NCBI GenBank assembly: GCA_963662945.1
Contig: OY759974.1
Span: 2,433,316-2,497,315 of the forward strand
DNA from: Arcobacteraceae bacterium
GTDB lineage: Bacteria; Campylobacterota; Campylobacteria; Campylobacterales; Arcobacteraceae
Length of the DNA stretch: 64,000 nt
Direction of reading: 5' to 3'
In this document: one piece after another, positions 16,839 to 26,959 of the stretch
Numbering within the stretch: position 1 is the first letter of the stretch
Layout of the letters: each line of letters opens with the position of its first letter
Notes under the pieces: model-generated
What the model saw: the letters and a program-made list of their open reading frames with translations, nothing else
The model's database searches: none
Told to the model about the DNA's origin: nothing
Position numbers and translations under genes: made by a program

Positions 16839-17626
16839 TTGTTTTCTAATTGTTGTAGTTTTGTAAAATATACATGCCCTAAATAAATAATATAAAATAC
16901 AGAGATAAAAAAAGCTACAAATGGAATAAGAGAGATTACATATAAAAATATTGTACGAAGTCTCATACTCCCTTTATCATTATAATAAATTTGAATAAAC
17001 TGCTCTTTTGATGTGATAGTAGAAGCTATATCAAAATGAAGCATCTTGTGAAAAAAGTAATAAAAAGGTAGATTGATAGCGATAATATTTACTAATGGTA
17101 TAAAATAAAATGGTATTAAAACAATAAGTAAAAGTATCATCACTAAAGCTGTTTTTATAATCTTTCCTATACCATCTATGATACTAAAATTTGATTCAAC
17201 TTCTAAATTCTCATAATGTCGTTTATGGATGATTGCTAATATTCTTGGAGTTAAAAATCCTATAATGATAAGTGAAACAAAAATAGAAAGATACCCTATG
17301 GCAAAAAGTCCAACAGTATAAACTAAAAAGCTTACTATCCAAGATGTGACAGTATATTTCAGTAAAAAGTCTAAGATATTATTCCCTGTGTAACTTTCAT
17401 GAGTACTTGATTCTATCACTTCAGCATTTTGTACTTGAGTTTGGTGTTGTTCTATTTGTATTTGTGCATTTTCTAAAGCATCAAGTCCAAAACTTGCTGC
17501 TGAGAAAAATACTATATATAAGACCAATGCACTTCCAAGAAGTGGATAGAGTATCATTGTGAGCATCTCTTTTGTTAAATAGTCTTCTATACTTTTATTA
17601 AATATTTTAATTTCACTCATTATCAA
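16835..17626 (-). CDS. EI24/CysZ-like membrane protein
   Basis: Multi-TM; IIGFLTP..IHKRHY and IPFYFIPLVN pattern. Confidence 0.7.
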   Translation of the reverse strand: MIMSEIKIFNKSIEDYLTKEMLTMILYPLLGSALVLYIVFFSAASFGLDALENAQIQIEQHQTQVQNAEVIESSTHESYTGNNILDFLLKYTVTSWIVSFLVYTVGLFAIGYLSIFVSLIIIGFLTPRILAIIHKRHYENLEVESNFSIIDGIGKIIKTALVMILLLIVLIPFYFIPLVNIIAINLPFYYFFHKMLHFDIASTITSKEQFIQIYYNDKGSMRLRTIFLYVISLIPFVAFFISVFYIIYLGHVYFTKLQQLENN

Positions 17627-17634
17627 CCTTAATA

Positions 17635-18300
17635 TTATTGATGAAAAGTTGCAAAATCATCTAAAGATATTCTAGGTGTTCTGTAATTATTGATTATATT
17701 ATTTGTATCTTCATAACCTAAAGCCATACCACAAAGTAGTATTTTATTATTTGGTATATTGAGTTCTTCTTTTACAATATCAGGATATTGGGCAAGTGCA
17801 GCTTGTGTACAAGTTCCAAGTCCAAGTTCTACAGCACTTAACATAACAGATTGTAAAAACATTCCATAGTCTAAATAAGAACCTTTTTCTAAGAAATCAT
17901 CAATAAAAAAATACAAAACAACAGGTGCATCAAAAGCTCTATAGTTTTTAAGCCATTGATTGAATTGTTTTTCTTTATCTTCTCTTTTAATATCTAAAGT
18001 TGAATACATCAAAAGACCAGTTTCTTTTCTACGTGTTTTATAAGGTTCTTCCCATTTTAAAGGATAGTAATTATAATCCATTCTTTCAGGTTCATTTTGC
18101 GTAAAAGCTTCAACCATTTTATTTTCAATAGTTTTCTTTTTATCTCCACTTACTATTGCTACTTGCCATGGTTGCATATTTACCCCTGATGGAGCGTGTT
18201 TTGCAGTTTTAAGAATTGTGTTGATTTTCTCTTGCTCAACATCTTTTTTTAAAAATGCTCGTACAGATTTTCTTTGTTTAATTGTTTCTAATATGTTCAT
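17635..18300 (-). CDS. Nitroreductase family protein
   Basis: RKSVRAF, APSGVNMQPW, GLGTC, MALGY. Confidence 0.95.
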   Translation of the reverse strand: MNILETIKQRKSVRAFLKKDVEQEKINTILKTAKHAPSGVNMQPWQVAIVSGDKKKTIENKMVEAFTQNEPERMDYNYYPLKWEEPYKTRRKETGLLMYSTLDIKREDKEKQFNQWLKNYRAFDAPVVLYFFIDDFLEKGSYLDYGMFLQSVMLSAVELGLGTCTQAALAQYPDIVKEELNIPNNKILLCGMALGYEDTNNIINNYRTPRISLDDFATFHQ

Positions 18301-18378
18301 GGTGAGTATTATACCTAAAATTCATTTTCATTTCATTTAGATTTAATAAAATCCATTTTTTTAAGATTAGGAGAAAAA

Positions 18379-19986
18379 TTGAGAAACATATCACAAGGAA
18401 AACTAGTATTTCTAGTTGCTTTATTTTTAGTTATTTTTGATAATGTATCATTTTTTACAAATGTTACAGAAGTGTATCCATTGAGTGGAAATAACATATA
18501 TTTTATTGGTTCATTAGTAGTTGTTTTATTATTCTTTACCAATATATTATTAACATTGTTAAGTTCAAAATATACAACGAAATTATTCTTAATACTAATA
18601 GTTTTAATTTCAGCGTTTACAAATTATTTTATGAATACCTATAGTGTTGTTATTGATGATAGTATGATACAAAATTCATTGCAAACAAACTTTGCAGAGT
18701 CTTTAGATTTGTTTAGTTTACAGCTTCTTGCGTATGCCTTTTTTCTAGGAGTAATTCCCGCATATATTATATATAAGCTTCCAATTGAATATAAAAGTTT
18801 TAAACAAGAAAGTTATGCAAAATTCAAATCAATTATACTCTCTTTGATCATTATAGTGATATTGGTATTGAGTTTTAGTAAATACTATACTTCATTTTTT
18901 AGAGAACATAAAACACTAAGATACCATACAAATCCTACTTACTGGATGTATAGTTTGGGAAAATATATTAATACAACTTTTAACAGTGCACCAACAGTAG
19001 TACAATCAATTGGAGATGATGCAAAAATTTCAGAAACAATGAATGAAAAAAAAGAATTAGTTATTCTTGTTGTTGGGGAAGCAGCCCGTGCTGATAGATT
19101 TTCATTAAATGGTTATGAAAAAGAGACAAATCCATTATTGAAAAAAGAAGATATCATAAATTTCTCAAATGTCTCATCATGCGGAACTTCTACAGCTGTA
19201 TCAGTGCCTTGTATGTTTTCAATTTTTGGAAAAGATGATTATGATTATAAAAAAGGAATTGGTACACAAAATATTTTAGATGTGATTTCAAAATCTGGAG
19301 TTGAAGTACTTTGGAGAGATAATAATTCAGATTCAAAGGGTGTAGCTTTAAGAGTTTCGTTTGAAGATTATAGAACACCCCAACGAAATACTATTTGTGT
19401 AGATGGAGAGTGTAGAGATATAGGTATGCTTGTGGGACTTGATAAGTTTATTGAAAAAAATAAAGGGAAAGATATTCTCATAGTCTTACACCAAATGGGA
19501 AATCACGGACCAGCATATTATAAAAGATATCCAAAAGAGTTTGAAAAATTTACGCCAGTTTGTAAAACAAATCAGTTAGAACAGTGTACAAAAGAGGAAT
19601 TGAGTAATGCTTATGATAACGCAATACTCTATACAGATTATTTTCTTTCTCATGTGATTAATTTTTTAAAACCTTATGGAAATACACATGAAACGGCAAT
19701 GATATACTTAAGTGATCATGGAGAGAGTTTAGGTGAAAATGGATTATATTTACATGGTATGCCATATTTTATGGCTCCTGAGTCTCAAACAAAAGTTGGA
19801 GCAATGATGTGGTTTGGTAGTGAAGATATAAAAGAAGATGTGAATGTAGATAAATTAAAAACATATAGAGATAAACCTTTTTCTCAGGATTATTTATTTA
19901 GTACTTTATTAAATATTTTTGAAGTTGATACAAAACTTTATGATAAAAAGTTAGATATATTATATGACGCTACAAAATCTCAATAA
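18379..19986 (+). CDS. eptA: Phosphoethanolamine transferase (EptA/MCR family)
   Basis: 5 TM then VVGEAARAD, SCGTSTAVSVPCMFS, LHQMGNHGPAY, SDHGESLGENGLYLHG. Confidence 0.94.
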   Translation: MRNISQGKLVFLVALFLVIFDNVSFFTNVTEVYPLSGNNIYFIGSLVVVLLFFTNILLTLLSSKYTTKLFLILIVLISAFTNYFMNTYSVVIDDSMIQNSLQTNFAESLDLFSLQLLAYAFFLGVIPAYIIYKLPIEYKSFKQESYAKFKSIILSLIIIVILVLSFSKYYTSFFREHKTLRYHTNPTYWMYSLGKYINTTFNSAPTVVQSIGDDAKISETMNEKKELVILVVGEAARADRFSLNGYEKETNPLLKKEDIINFSNVSSCGTSTAVSVPCMFSIFGKDDYDYKKGIGTQNILDVISKSGVEVLWRDNNSDSKGVALRVSFEDYRTPQRNTICVDGECRDIGMLVGLDKFIEKNKGKDILIVLHQMGNHGPAYYKRYPKEFEKFTPVCKTNQLEQCTKEELSNAYDNAILYTDYFLSHVINFLKPYGNTHETAMIYLSDHGESLGENGLYLHGMPYFMAPESQTKVGAMMWFGSEDIKEDVNVDKLKTYRDKPFSQDYLFSTLLNIFEVDTKLYDKKLDILYDATKSQ

Positions 19987-20671
19987 ACAGATACTTATAA
20001 CTTTTATTGTTTTAGTATTTATTATTATATTATTTGGTATAACCAACATTGATGAGATTGTACAAGATAGTTTTTATAATTTTAGTACAAATCAATGGAT
20101 TTTAGATAGAGAGTTACAACCATATAAGTTTGTATTTTATGATGGAATTAAAAAGTTTTTAATTTTTATAGTGGTTATATTAATTACTGTATCTTTATTA
20201 TTTTGGAAAACAAAATTAATACAAGAGTATAAAAAAGGTATTTTTGTGGTTGTATTATCTTCAATTTTTATTCCACTTATAGTGGGTGGATTAAAAAAAT
20301 GTACAAATATGCCTTGTCCAAAACATCTAGTAACATATGGTGGTGAGTATCCTAAAACAAAAGTATGGGAAACATATCCTGACTCATTTCAAATAGAAAA
20401 AAAAGTGAAATGTTGGCCAGCAGGACATGCAAGTGGTGGATTTGCATTATTGAGTTTATTCTTTTTATTTAAAAGTAGAAAAAATAAATTGCTATCATTA
20501 ATCTTTGCATTAGGTATAGGATGGAGTATGGGAACTTACAAAATGCTCATCGGTGATCACTTTTTAAGTCATACTATTTTAACTATGATTATTGCTTGGT
20601 TAATTATACTATGTATTGTAACCATTACAGAAAAGTTCAATAGAAAAAATATGAAGGAATCAAATGAATAA
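19964..20671 (+). CDS. PAP2 family phosphatase
   Basis: KKCTNMPCP, CWPAGHASGG, GDHFLSH. Confidence 0.9.
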   Translation: MTLQNLNKQILITFIVLVFIIILFGITNIDEIVQDSFYNFSTNQWILDRELQPYKFVFYDGIKKFLIFIVVILITVSLLFWKTKLIQEYKKGIFVVVLSSIFIPLIVGGLKKCTNMPCPKHLVTYGGEYPKTKVWETYPDSFQIEKKVKCWPAGHASGGFALLSLFFLFKSRKNKLLSLIFALGIGWSMGTYKMLIGDHFLSHTILTMIIAWLIILCIVTITEKFNRKNMKESNE

Positions 20672-21014
20672 TAAACCAAAATACCATTTATTTAAAAATA
20701 CACAATATGCACTCGATGGTTTAAAACATATTTTAAAAACAGAGAACTCTTTTAAACTAGAACTAATACTGGGTATTTTTATATTTAGTGCAATATATAT
20801 TATTGACATAGCATTGATTTACAAATTAGTGTTGGTTGTAACTGCATTTATTGTTTTGATAACAGAATTATTAAATAGTGCAATTGAAAATGTCGTAGAT
20901 TTGGTTACAAAAGATATACATCCACTTGCTAAAACTTCGAAAGATATAGGTTCAACTGCTGTTATGTTTAGTATTATCTTACATCTTTTATGTTGGTTTT
21001 TTATTTTAATATAA
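20664..21014 (+). CDS. dgkA: Diacylglycerol kinase
   Basis: ELLNSAIENVVD, AKTSKDIGSTAV. Confidence 0.93.
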   Translation: MNNKPKYHLFKNTQYALDGLKHILKTENSFKLELILGIFIFSAIYIIDIALIYKLVLVVTAFIVLITELLNSAIENVVDLVTKDIHPLAKTSKDIGSTAVMFSIILHLLCWFFILI

Positions 21015-21062
21015 TCATTAAGCTAATTTAGATAGTATAAGTAATTATTATACTTTAAGGAT

Positions 21063-21458
21063 ATGATTATGAAAAAACTATTTATATTACTAATGTTAAG
21101 TTTACCTTTTCTAGTAGCAAATGCCAATGAAGATGCCGCAATTGCAAACTATAAAAAAACCTGTAAAAAATGTCACGGTAGTGCTTATTATGTTGCTAAA
21201 GAAAGAACAACGCAGGAGTGGAAAGAATTATTTGATAATAATGGTAAAAAACTTTATGAGGCACATTTTAAAGATAAAAAAGCTACTCAAAAACTCAATT
21301 CAAATTATTTTATTAAACGAAGAGAAGATTTACAAGAATTTCTTATGAAAAATGGGAAAGATAGTGGAGTAGTTCCTCCTTGTAATAGTACAACTTGTGG
21401 TTTTTATGTTAAAGTCCCACCAAAAGATAAAAAGCCAACACCTGGACTTTTTAAATAG
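21063..21458 (+). CDS. Periplasmic monoheme c-type cytochrome
   Basis: Signal peptide; CKKCH heme motif; DSGVVPPC tail. Confidence 0.85.
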   Translation: MIMKKLFILLMLSLPFLVANANEDAAIANYKKTCKKCHGSAYYVAKERTTQEWKELFDNNGKKLYEAHFKDKKATQKLNSNYFIKRREDLQEFLMKNGKDSGVVPPCNSTTCGFYVKVPPKDKKPTPGLFK

Positions 21459-21473
21459 ATAAAATTAAAATAA

Positions 21474-21500
21474 TTAGCACTTGAATTACAAAAGTGCCAA
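21474..21500. promoter_or_regulatory. CIRCE-like element (HrcA operator) upstream of htpG
   Basis: TTAGCACTT-N9-AAGTGCCAA versus consensus TTAGCACTC-N9-GAGTGCTAA. Confidence 0.8.
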
Positions 21501-21594
21501 TTATTTTTAAAACTTTAGCTTTCTTTTATAAACTTATGTTAATATTTCAGTTCAATAATTTAAAATATTAATTAAGTAATAAAGGAAAAATAAT

Positions 21595-23499
21595 ATGGCA
21601 AAACATGAATTTCAAACTGAAGTAGGGCAGTTGTTACAACTTATGACTCACTCTTTATACTCAAATAAAGAAATTTTCATAAGAGAGTTAGTATCAAATG
21701 CAAGTGATGCTATTGATAAACTAAACTATTTAAGACTAACAGAAGATAATTTAAAAGAAAAATACGCGGACTTTAAAGGTCAAATCAATATTAAACTTGA
21801 TGAAGAAGACAACTCTATAACTATTGCAGATAATGGTTTAGGGATGAATGAAGAAGATTTAATTGCTTCTATTGGTACTATTGCAAAATCTGGTACAAAA
21901 TCATTTGTTGAAGCTTTAAGTGGAGATGCTAAAAAAGATAGTAACTTAATCGGTCAATTTGGTGTTGGTTTTTACTCTGTATTTATGGTAGCAGATAAAG
22001 TTGATGTTATCTCTAAAAAAGCGGGAGAAGAACAAGCTTACAAATGGACAAGTGATGGAACAGGAAGTTATGACTTAAATCCTTGTGTAAAAGATGAATC
22101 AGGTACTGTAATTTACATCAAGTTAAAAGAAGAAGAAAGAAGTGATTATACTTCAAAATACAGAGTTGAATCTGTAGTTAAAAAATACTCAAATCATATT
22201 GCATACCCAATTTTCTTGAACTACAACGAAGAGGTAACTGAAGAGTTAAGTGAAGAGGATAAAAAAGCTGGTAAAGAGGCTAAAAAATCTATTGAGAAAA
22301 AAAGAGAACAAATCAATGAAGCTACAGCACTTTGGACACAACCAAAAGCTAACTTAAAAGCTGAGGATTACAACGAATTCTATAAAACAATCTCTCATGA
22401 TAGCGATGAGCCACTTGTTTATGTACACACAAAAGCAGAAGGTGTAAGTGAATATACAACATTATTTTATATTCCTAAAAAAGCACCAATGGATATGTAT
22501 AGAGTAGATTTCCAACCAGGTGTTAAACTCTATGTAAAAAGAGTATTTATCACAGATAGTGAGAAAGAGTTATTACCTACATATTTAAGATTTGTTAGAG
22601 GTATTATTGATAGTGAAGATTTACCATTAAATGTTTCAAGAGAGTTATTACAAGAAAACAGAGTTATGGCAAATATCAAACAATCTTCAGTGAAAAAGAT
22701 CCTTTCAGAGATTAAAAAGCTAGCTAAAGATGAAGAAAAATATAAAGATTTTATAAAAGAATACAATAGACCTTTAAAAGAGGGTGTTTACCAAGATTAT
22801 ACAAATAAAGATGCAATTTTAGAACTTCTAAGATATAAATCTACAAATGATACAGAAGCTATGACTTCACTAGCTGCATATAAAGAGAGAGCCAATAGTG
22901 AACAAAAAGCTATTTACTATATTATTGGAGATAATGAAAAAGTTCTTAGAAATTCACCATTACTTGAAAGTTACAAGAAAAACAATATAGAAGTTTTAAT
23001 TCTTGATGACAAAGAAATCGATGAGATTATCACACCATCGATTGGTGCATATCAAGAGTGGGATTTAAAAGATATTACATCTTGTGAAGCTCCAAAAACA
23101 GAGCAAACAGAAGAAGAGAAAAAAGAGGTTGAAGAAAAATTTAAATCAATCATCGAAAAAATCAAAGGTGTATTAGGTGAAGCAGTAAAAGAGGTAAAAA
23201 CAACTACTAGACTTTCTGATTCTCCATCGTGTGTAGTAAAAGATCCTAATGATCCTATGGCTTCAATGGCACATATGTTTAGACAAATGGGACAAGAGAT
23301 TCCAGAATCTGCACCAATTCTTGAAATTAACCCAGACCATGCAATTGTACAGTCTTTAAACGGTTGTGCAGATGATGCAATGATTGAAGATGTTTCTTGG
23401 TTACTGTTAGACCAAGCAAAAATGTCTGAAGGAATGGAGATAAAAGATTCCGTTGCATTTACTCAAAGATTAAATAGAGTTATGGCTAAAGCTTTCTAA
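21595..23499 (+). CDS. htpG: Hsp90 family chaperone
   Basis: YSNKEIFIRELVSNASDA, IGQFGVGFYS, DSEDLPLNVSRE, LEINP. Confidence 0.98.
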   Translation: MAKHEFQTEVGQLLQLMTHSLYSNKEIFIRELVSNASDAIDKLNYLRLTEDNLKEKYADFKGQINIKLDEEDNSITIADNGLGMNEEDLIASIGTIAKSGTKSFVEALSGDAKKDSNLIGQFGVGFYSVFMVADKVDVISKKAGEEQAYKWTSDGTGSYDLNPCVKDESGTVIYIKLKEEERSDYTSKYRVESVVKKYSNHIAYPIFLNYNEEVTEELSEEDKKAGKEAKKSIEKKREQINEATALWTQPKANLKAEDYNEFYKTISHDSDEPLVYVHTKAEGVSEYTTLFYIPKKAPMDMYRVDFQPGVKLYVKRVFITDSEKELLPTYLRFVRGIIDSEDLPLNVSRELLQENRVMANIKQSSVKKILSEIKKLAKDEEKYKDFIKEYNRPLKEGVYQDYTNKDAILELLRYKSTNDTEAMTSLAAYKERANSEQKAIYYIIGDNEKVLRNSPLLESYKKNNIEVLILDDKEIDEIITPSIGAYQEWDLKDITSCEAPKTEQTEEEKKEVEEKFKSIIEKIKGVLGEAVKEVKTTTRLSDSPSCVVKDPNDPMASMAHMFRQMGQEIPESAPILEINPDHAIVQSLNGCADDAMIEDVSWLLLDQAKMSEGMEIKDSVAFTQRLNRVMAKAF

Positions 23500-23521
23500 G
23501 GGAAGATTTAACTAATCTTAT

Positions 23522-23558
23522 AAAGGGTTTCTAATATTTATTTAGAAGCCCTTTTTTT
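23522..23558 (+). terminator. Rho-independent terminator after htpG
   Basis: AAAGGGTTTCTAA...TTAGAAGCCCTTT followed by a T run. Confidence 0.8.
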
Positions 23559-23597
23559 ATGCACCAAAGAGTAAAATTCAATAAAAAAGGATTTGTC

Positions 23598-24170
23598 ATG
23601 GTTAAATATATTTTGTATATCTCTACTCTTCTTATATTGTCTGGTTGTGTAAAACCTTATTTAGAACATACACAAGAGCATCAACTGACTATTAATAATG
23701 ATAATAAATCATTCAATATTCCAATTACAAATCAAAAAAAGCATAAGTTTAATTACGCAGTCTCAGATGGTTTTACTTTGAGTGAAAAAACATTTCATTT
23801 AGAATATATTGAGTTAAGAAGCGGATATGATTGGGCTGGTTTGGCAGATGGGTATTATCAAGACTTATTAAGAAAAAGAATCAAAGGGTTAAAAAAAGTA
23901 TCTCATGAAGTAGTTGATCTAGCAGATATTTTTTTATTTACAAAAGATGGAAAATATTTCTATCTAGTAACTTTATATGGTGGGAGTAGTAATACTTTTA
24001 TTATAGACTACACTGGGGATATTGTTACAAAAATAGTAGGAAAAGATAAATATATTGCAAAAAGTGAACAATTTGATACACGATTTGAAGAAAGTATGAT
24101 TGATAATGATATAATTGCTCATTATTTTAAAAGTAATGATGGCAGTGAACAAGATGGCGTATTACCATAA
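23598..24170 (+). CDS. Hypothetical lipoprotein
   Basis: Start re-called to ATG 23598 (AAGGA RBS); lipobox LILSGC. Confidence 0.75.
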   Translation: MVKYILYISTLLILSGCVKPYLEHTQEHQLTINNDNKSFNIPITNQKKHKFNYAVSDGFTLSEKTFHLEYIELRSGYDWAGLADGYYQDLLRKRIKGLKKVSHEVVDLADIFLFTKDGKYFYLVTLYGGSSNTFIIDYTGDIVTKIVGKDKYIAKSEQFDTRFEESMIDNDIIAHYFKSNDGSEQDGVLP

Positions 24171-24185
24171 TAGGGAGAAAAAGTA

Positions 24186-24569
24186 TTGAAAAAAGTTGAA
24201 ATAGAGAAGCCAGAAGAATATCTAGCTTTAGTTGCACAAAAAGCAAAAGAGTATTTATATCATGATCATCCAACGGAAGGGATTGATTTTTTTTGTGATG
24301 ATGAATTAGAAGATATTGGTTGGCACTCTAGTGTTTTTGAGTTTATAACATATCGAGATATTGCAGAGTTTATAGAAGAAAACTGTGAGGGTACACTTAC
24401 TTTTAATGACCATCCAATGGGATTTAACGGTTTTGTAGAAGTTGATAATATCGAAGATGTACGGCAAAAAGTAAAACAATTTGTTGTTGAAAAAATAAAA
24501 AGTAATAAACTAGATGAATATGATGATGATCAACAAGAGTCGTTACAGTTTTTTGGTATTGCGATTTAA
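24186..24569 (+). CDS. Acidic hypothetical protein
   Basis: 127-aa ORF, GGGAG RBS, TTG start. Confidence 0.7.
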   Translation: MKKVEIEKPEEYLALVAQKAKEYLYHDHPTEGIDFFCDDELEDIGWHSSVFEFITYRDIAEFIEENCEGTLTFNDHPMGFNGFVEVDNIEDVRQKVKQFVVEKIKSNKLDEYDDDQQESLQFFGIAI

Positions 24570-24612
24570 TTGGTTTGAATTACTAGTTTAATTAGAATTT
24601 GAAGGGGAAGAA

Positions 24613-24819
24613 ATGAAATCAACAAAAAAATATTCAGACAAAGAAAAAAGTTCTATTTTTGATAAGATAATAGATCCCAAAGACAAAGATAGAAGTTTAA
24701 AAATATTTGCAATAAGTTCAGTTGCTATTTTAGTGTTGCTTGTATTGATATCTTTATTATTTGGGAATGGTGGTTTTTCTGGTGACTTTGGAACTATTGT
24801 AAATACTTATAAAGAATAG
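24613..24819 (+). CDS. Small single-TM hypothetical protein
   Basis: AAGGGG RBS; one hydrophobic helix. Confidence 0.6.
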   Translation: MKSTKKYSDKEKSSIFDKIIDPKDKDRSLKIFAISSVAILVLLVLISLLFGNGGFSGDFGTIVNTYKE

Positions 24820-24897
24820 AATTTTATTTTACAGATAAACTTTAAAAAACAGTATCAAGTTAAATGCATCGTGTTATTATAAAGTAAAACAGAAGGA

Positions 24898-26109
24898 TTA
24901 AAAATCCTCTATTTTTATAGTTGTTTCTTCTTGAGTAGTTAAGTTTTTTACCCAAATAGTGTTATTTGAAATTTCTGTCTCTCCTACTAGAGCAACAGTT
25001 GTGGCACCTTGTTTTTGTGCGTTGTTTAAGTGTTTTGAAAAGCCTCTACTTTTATAATCTGTTATTACTTTACCTTGTGCTCTTTTTGTATTTACTAAAG
25101 AAAATACTCTATCAAGTGCTTCTTCACTCATAGCACCTATGTATAAAACTTCTTCTTGTGTTTGTTTCATCACGATAAGTTCAAGAAGTCTTTCAATTCC
25201 TATAGCAAACCCAACAGCAGGTGTTGTTTGTCCACCTAAAAACTCTACAAGTCTATCATATCTTCCACCACCAGCTATGGCACTTTGGGCTCCAATATTA
25301 TCACTTACAAACTCAAAAGCTGTTTTTGTATAGTAATCAAGTCCACGAACTAAATTTGAGTCAATTTGATAAGCTACACCATTTGTATCTAAAATCTTTT
25401 TGAGTTTTTCAAAATCAGCATCACAAACACCACATAAATTATCTGTGATTTTTGGTGCATCTGTTAAGTTTGTTTGACAATTTTCATTTTTACAATCAAG
25501 TACTCGTATAGGATTTAATGATTTTCTTCGTACACAATCATCACATAAATCAAGTGTATCTAAATGTTCTACTAAACTATCTCTATATGCAGGCATACAC
25601 TCTTTACATCCAAGAGAATTTAACTGTAGTTTGTATCCTATTTCAAAGAATTTTAACATCTCATCTATCATCAAAATAATTGAAGCATCTTCATAAACGC
25701 TAGCTTCTCCAAATGATTCACAACCAAATTGGTGAAACTCTCGAAGTCTTCCTTTTTGTGGTCTTTCATATCGAAACATTGGTCCTGTGTAATAAACTCT
25801 TTGTATACCACCAGCTCTGTCTTTTTTGTTTTGTACGAACCATCTTACAACCCCAGCAGTTCCCTCTGGTCGTAAACAAACATCGTTTTCACCTTTGTCT
25901 ATAAACTGATACATCTCTTTTGAAACGATATCACTACTTTCTCCAACACTTCTTTTAAAAAGTGCTGTCTCTTCTAAAATTGGTGTTTCGATATAACTAT
26001 ATCCATATTTTTTTGCAATTCTTGAACAGTTTTCTATAAAATATGTAAATAGTTCACTTTCATTGTCTATAATATCTTTCATACCTCGTAGGCTTTGAAT
26101 ATTTGCCAT
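24898..26109 (-). CDS. hisS: Histidine--tRNA ligase
   Basis: LRGMKD, LRPEGTA, FRYERPQKGRLREFHQ, LVRGLDYY, GGGRYD. Confidence 0.98.
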   Translation of the reverse strand: MANIQSLRGMKDIIDNESELFTYFIENCSRIAKKYGYSYIETPILEETALFKRSVGESSDIVSKEMYQFIDKGENDVCLRPEGTAGVVRWFVQNKKDRAGGIQRVYYTGPMFRYERPQKGRLREFHQFGCESFGEASVYEDASIILMIDEMLKFFEIGYKLQLNSLGCKECMPAYRDSLVEHLDTLDLCDDCVRRKSLNPIRVLDCKNENCQTNLTDAPKITDNLCGVCDADFEKLKKILDTNGVAYQIDSNLVRGLDYYTKTAFEFVSDNIGAQSAIAGGGRYDRLVEFLGGQTTPAVGFAIGIERLLELIVMKQTQEEVLYIGAMSEEALDRVFSLVNTKRAQGKVITDYKSRGFSKHLNNAQKQGATTVALVGETEISNNTIWVKNLTTQEETTIKIEDF

Positions 26110-26164
26110 CAGTCTCTATTCCTTACTTTGTTATTTCTAGTGCTTATTATATTTTGGAAGGGTA

Positions 26165-26959
26165 TCACAAACTTGCTTTTAAGTTGATATAATGGCTTTT
26201 TAATTCATCATTTCCATGTTTGATAGCACCATTTATCAAAATATCACATCTTTTTATGACTTCTTGTTTCACTTCGTTTTTATAGTTACTTTGAAGATGT
26301 TTTAGTAATGCTTGGATTCTATAACTATCCATAAGAGGTGTTTCAAATGAAAGTTGTCCACTATGACCTGCTATTTTTGTGATAAGTTTTTCATTGATTA
26401 AGCCTAGCTCATACTTATCAAGTATTCTAAGCCACAAATCATAATCTTCACAAGCTTTTAACGCTTCATCAAATAATCCAACATCATCAAAAATAGATTT
26501 ATGACACATCACAGTTGATGCACCTATAAGTGTATTTAGTATATTTTCTTTAAAGCAAAATCCACTAGGTTTAAGCTGGTGTTTTTTTTGTTTGATGATT
26601 TTGTTATTAAATAGCCAAAGTTCATCAGTGTGTGAGAAAAGAATGTGTGAATTGGTTTTATGAAAAGCTATTTGTTTTTCTATCTTATTTGACTCCCAAA
26701 TATCATCACTATCTAAAAAACATATCCAATCATTTTGTGCTTTTTGTATCCCTTGGTTTCTAGCACTGCTTACCCCTTGATTTTCTTGGTAAATATATTT
26801 GACTGGATATTTGTCTACAAGTTGCTTTGTATTATCTGTTGAACCATCATCTACAACTATAATTTCATCCACTTTTACAGTTTGATGAAGGGCTGAAAGT
26901 AGGGTGGTTTCTAAATGTGTTGCACGATTATAGGTTGGAATTATAAGTGATATTTTCAT
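26165..26959 (-). CDS. Glycosyltransferase family 2
   Basis: IIPTYNR, VVDDGSTD, FLDSDD, EDYDLWLR. Confidence 0.95.
   Translation of the reverse strand: MKISLIIPTYNRATHLETTLLSALHQTVKVDEIIVVDDGSTDNTKQLVDKYPVKYIYQENQGVSSARNQGIQKAQNDWICFLDSDDIWESNKIEKQIAFHKTNSHILFSHTDELWLFNNKIIKQKKHQLKPSGFCFKENILNTLIGASTVMCHKSIFDDVGLFDEALKACEDYDLWLRILDKYELGLINEKLITKIAGHSGQLSFETPLMDSYRIQALLKHLQSNYKNEVKQEVIKRCDILINGAIKHGNDELKSHYINLKASL

Noticed and set aside
18379-19986. Mobile mcr colistin-resistance gene
   Set aside because: No IS or plasmid context; it cannot be distinguished from intrinsic EptA without phylogeny.
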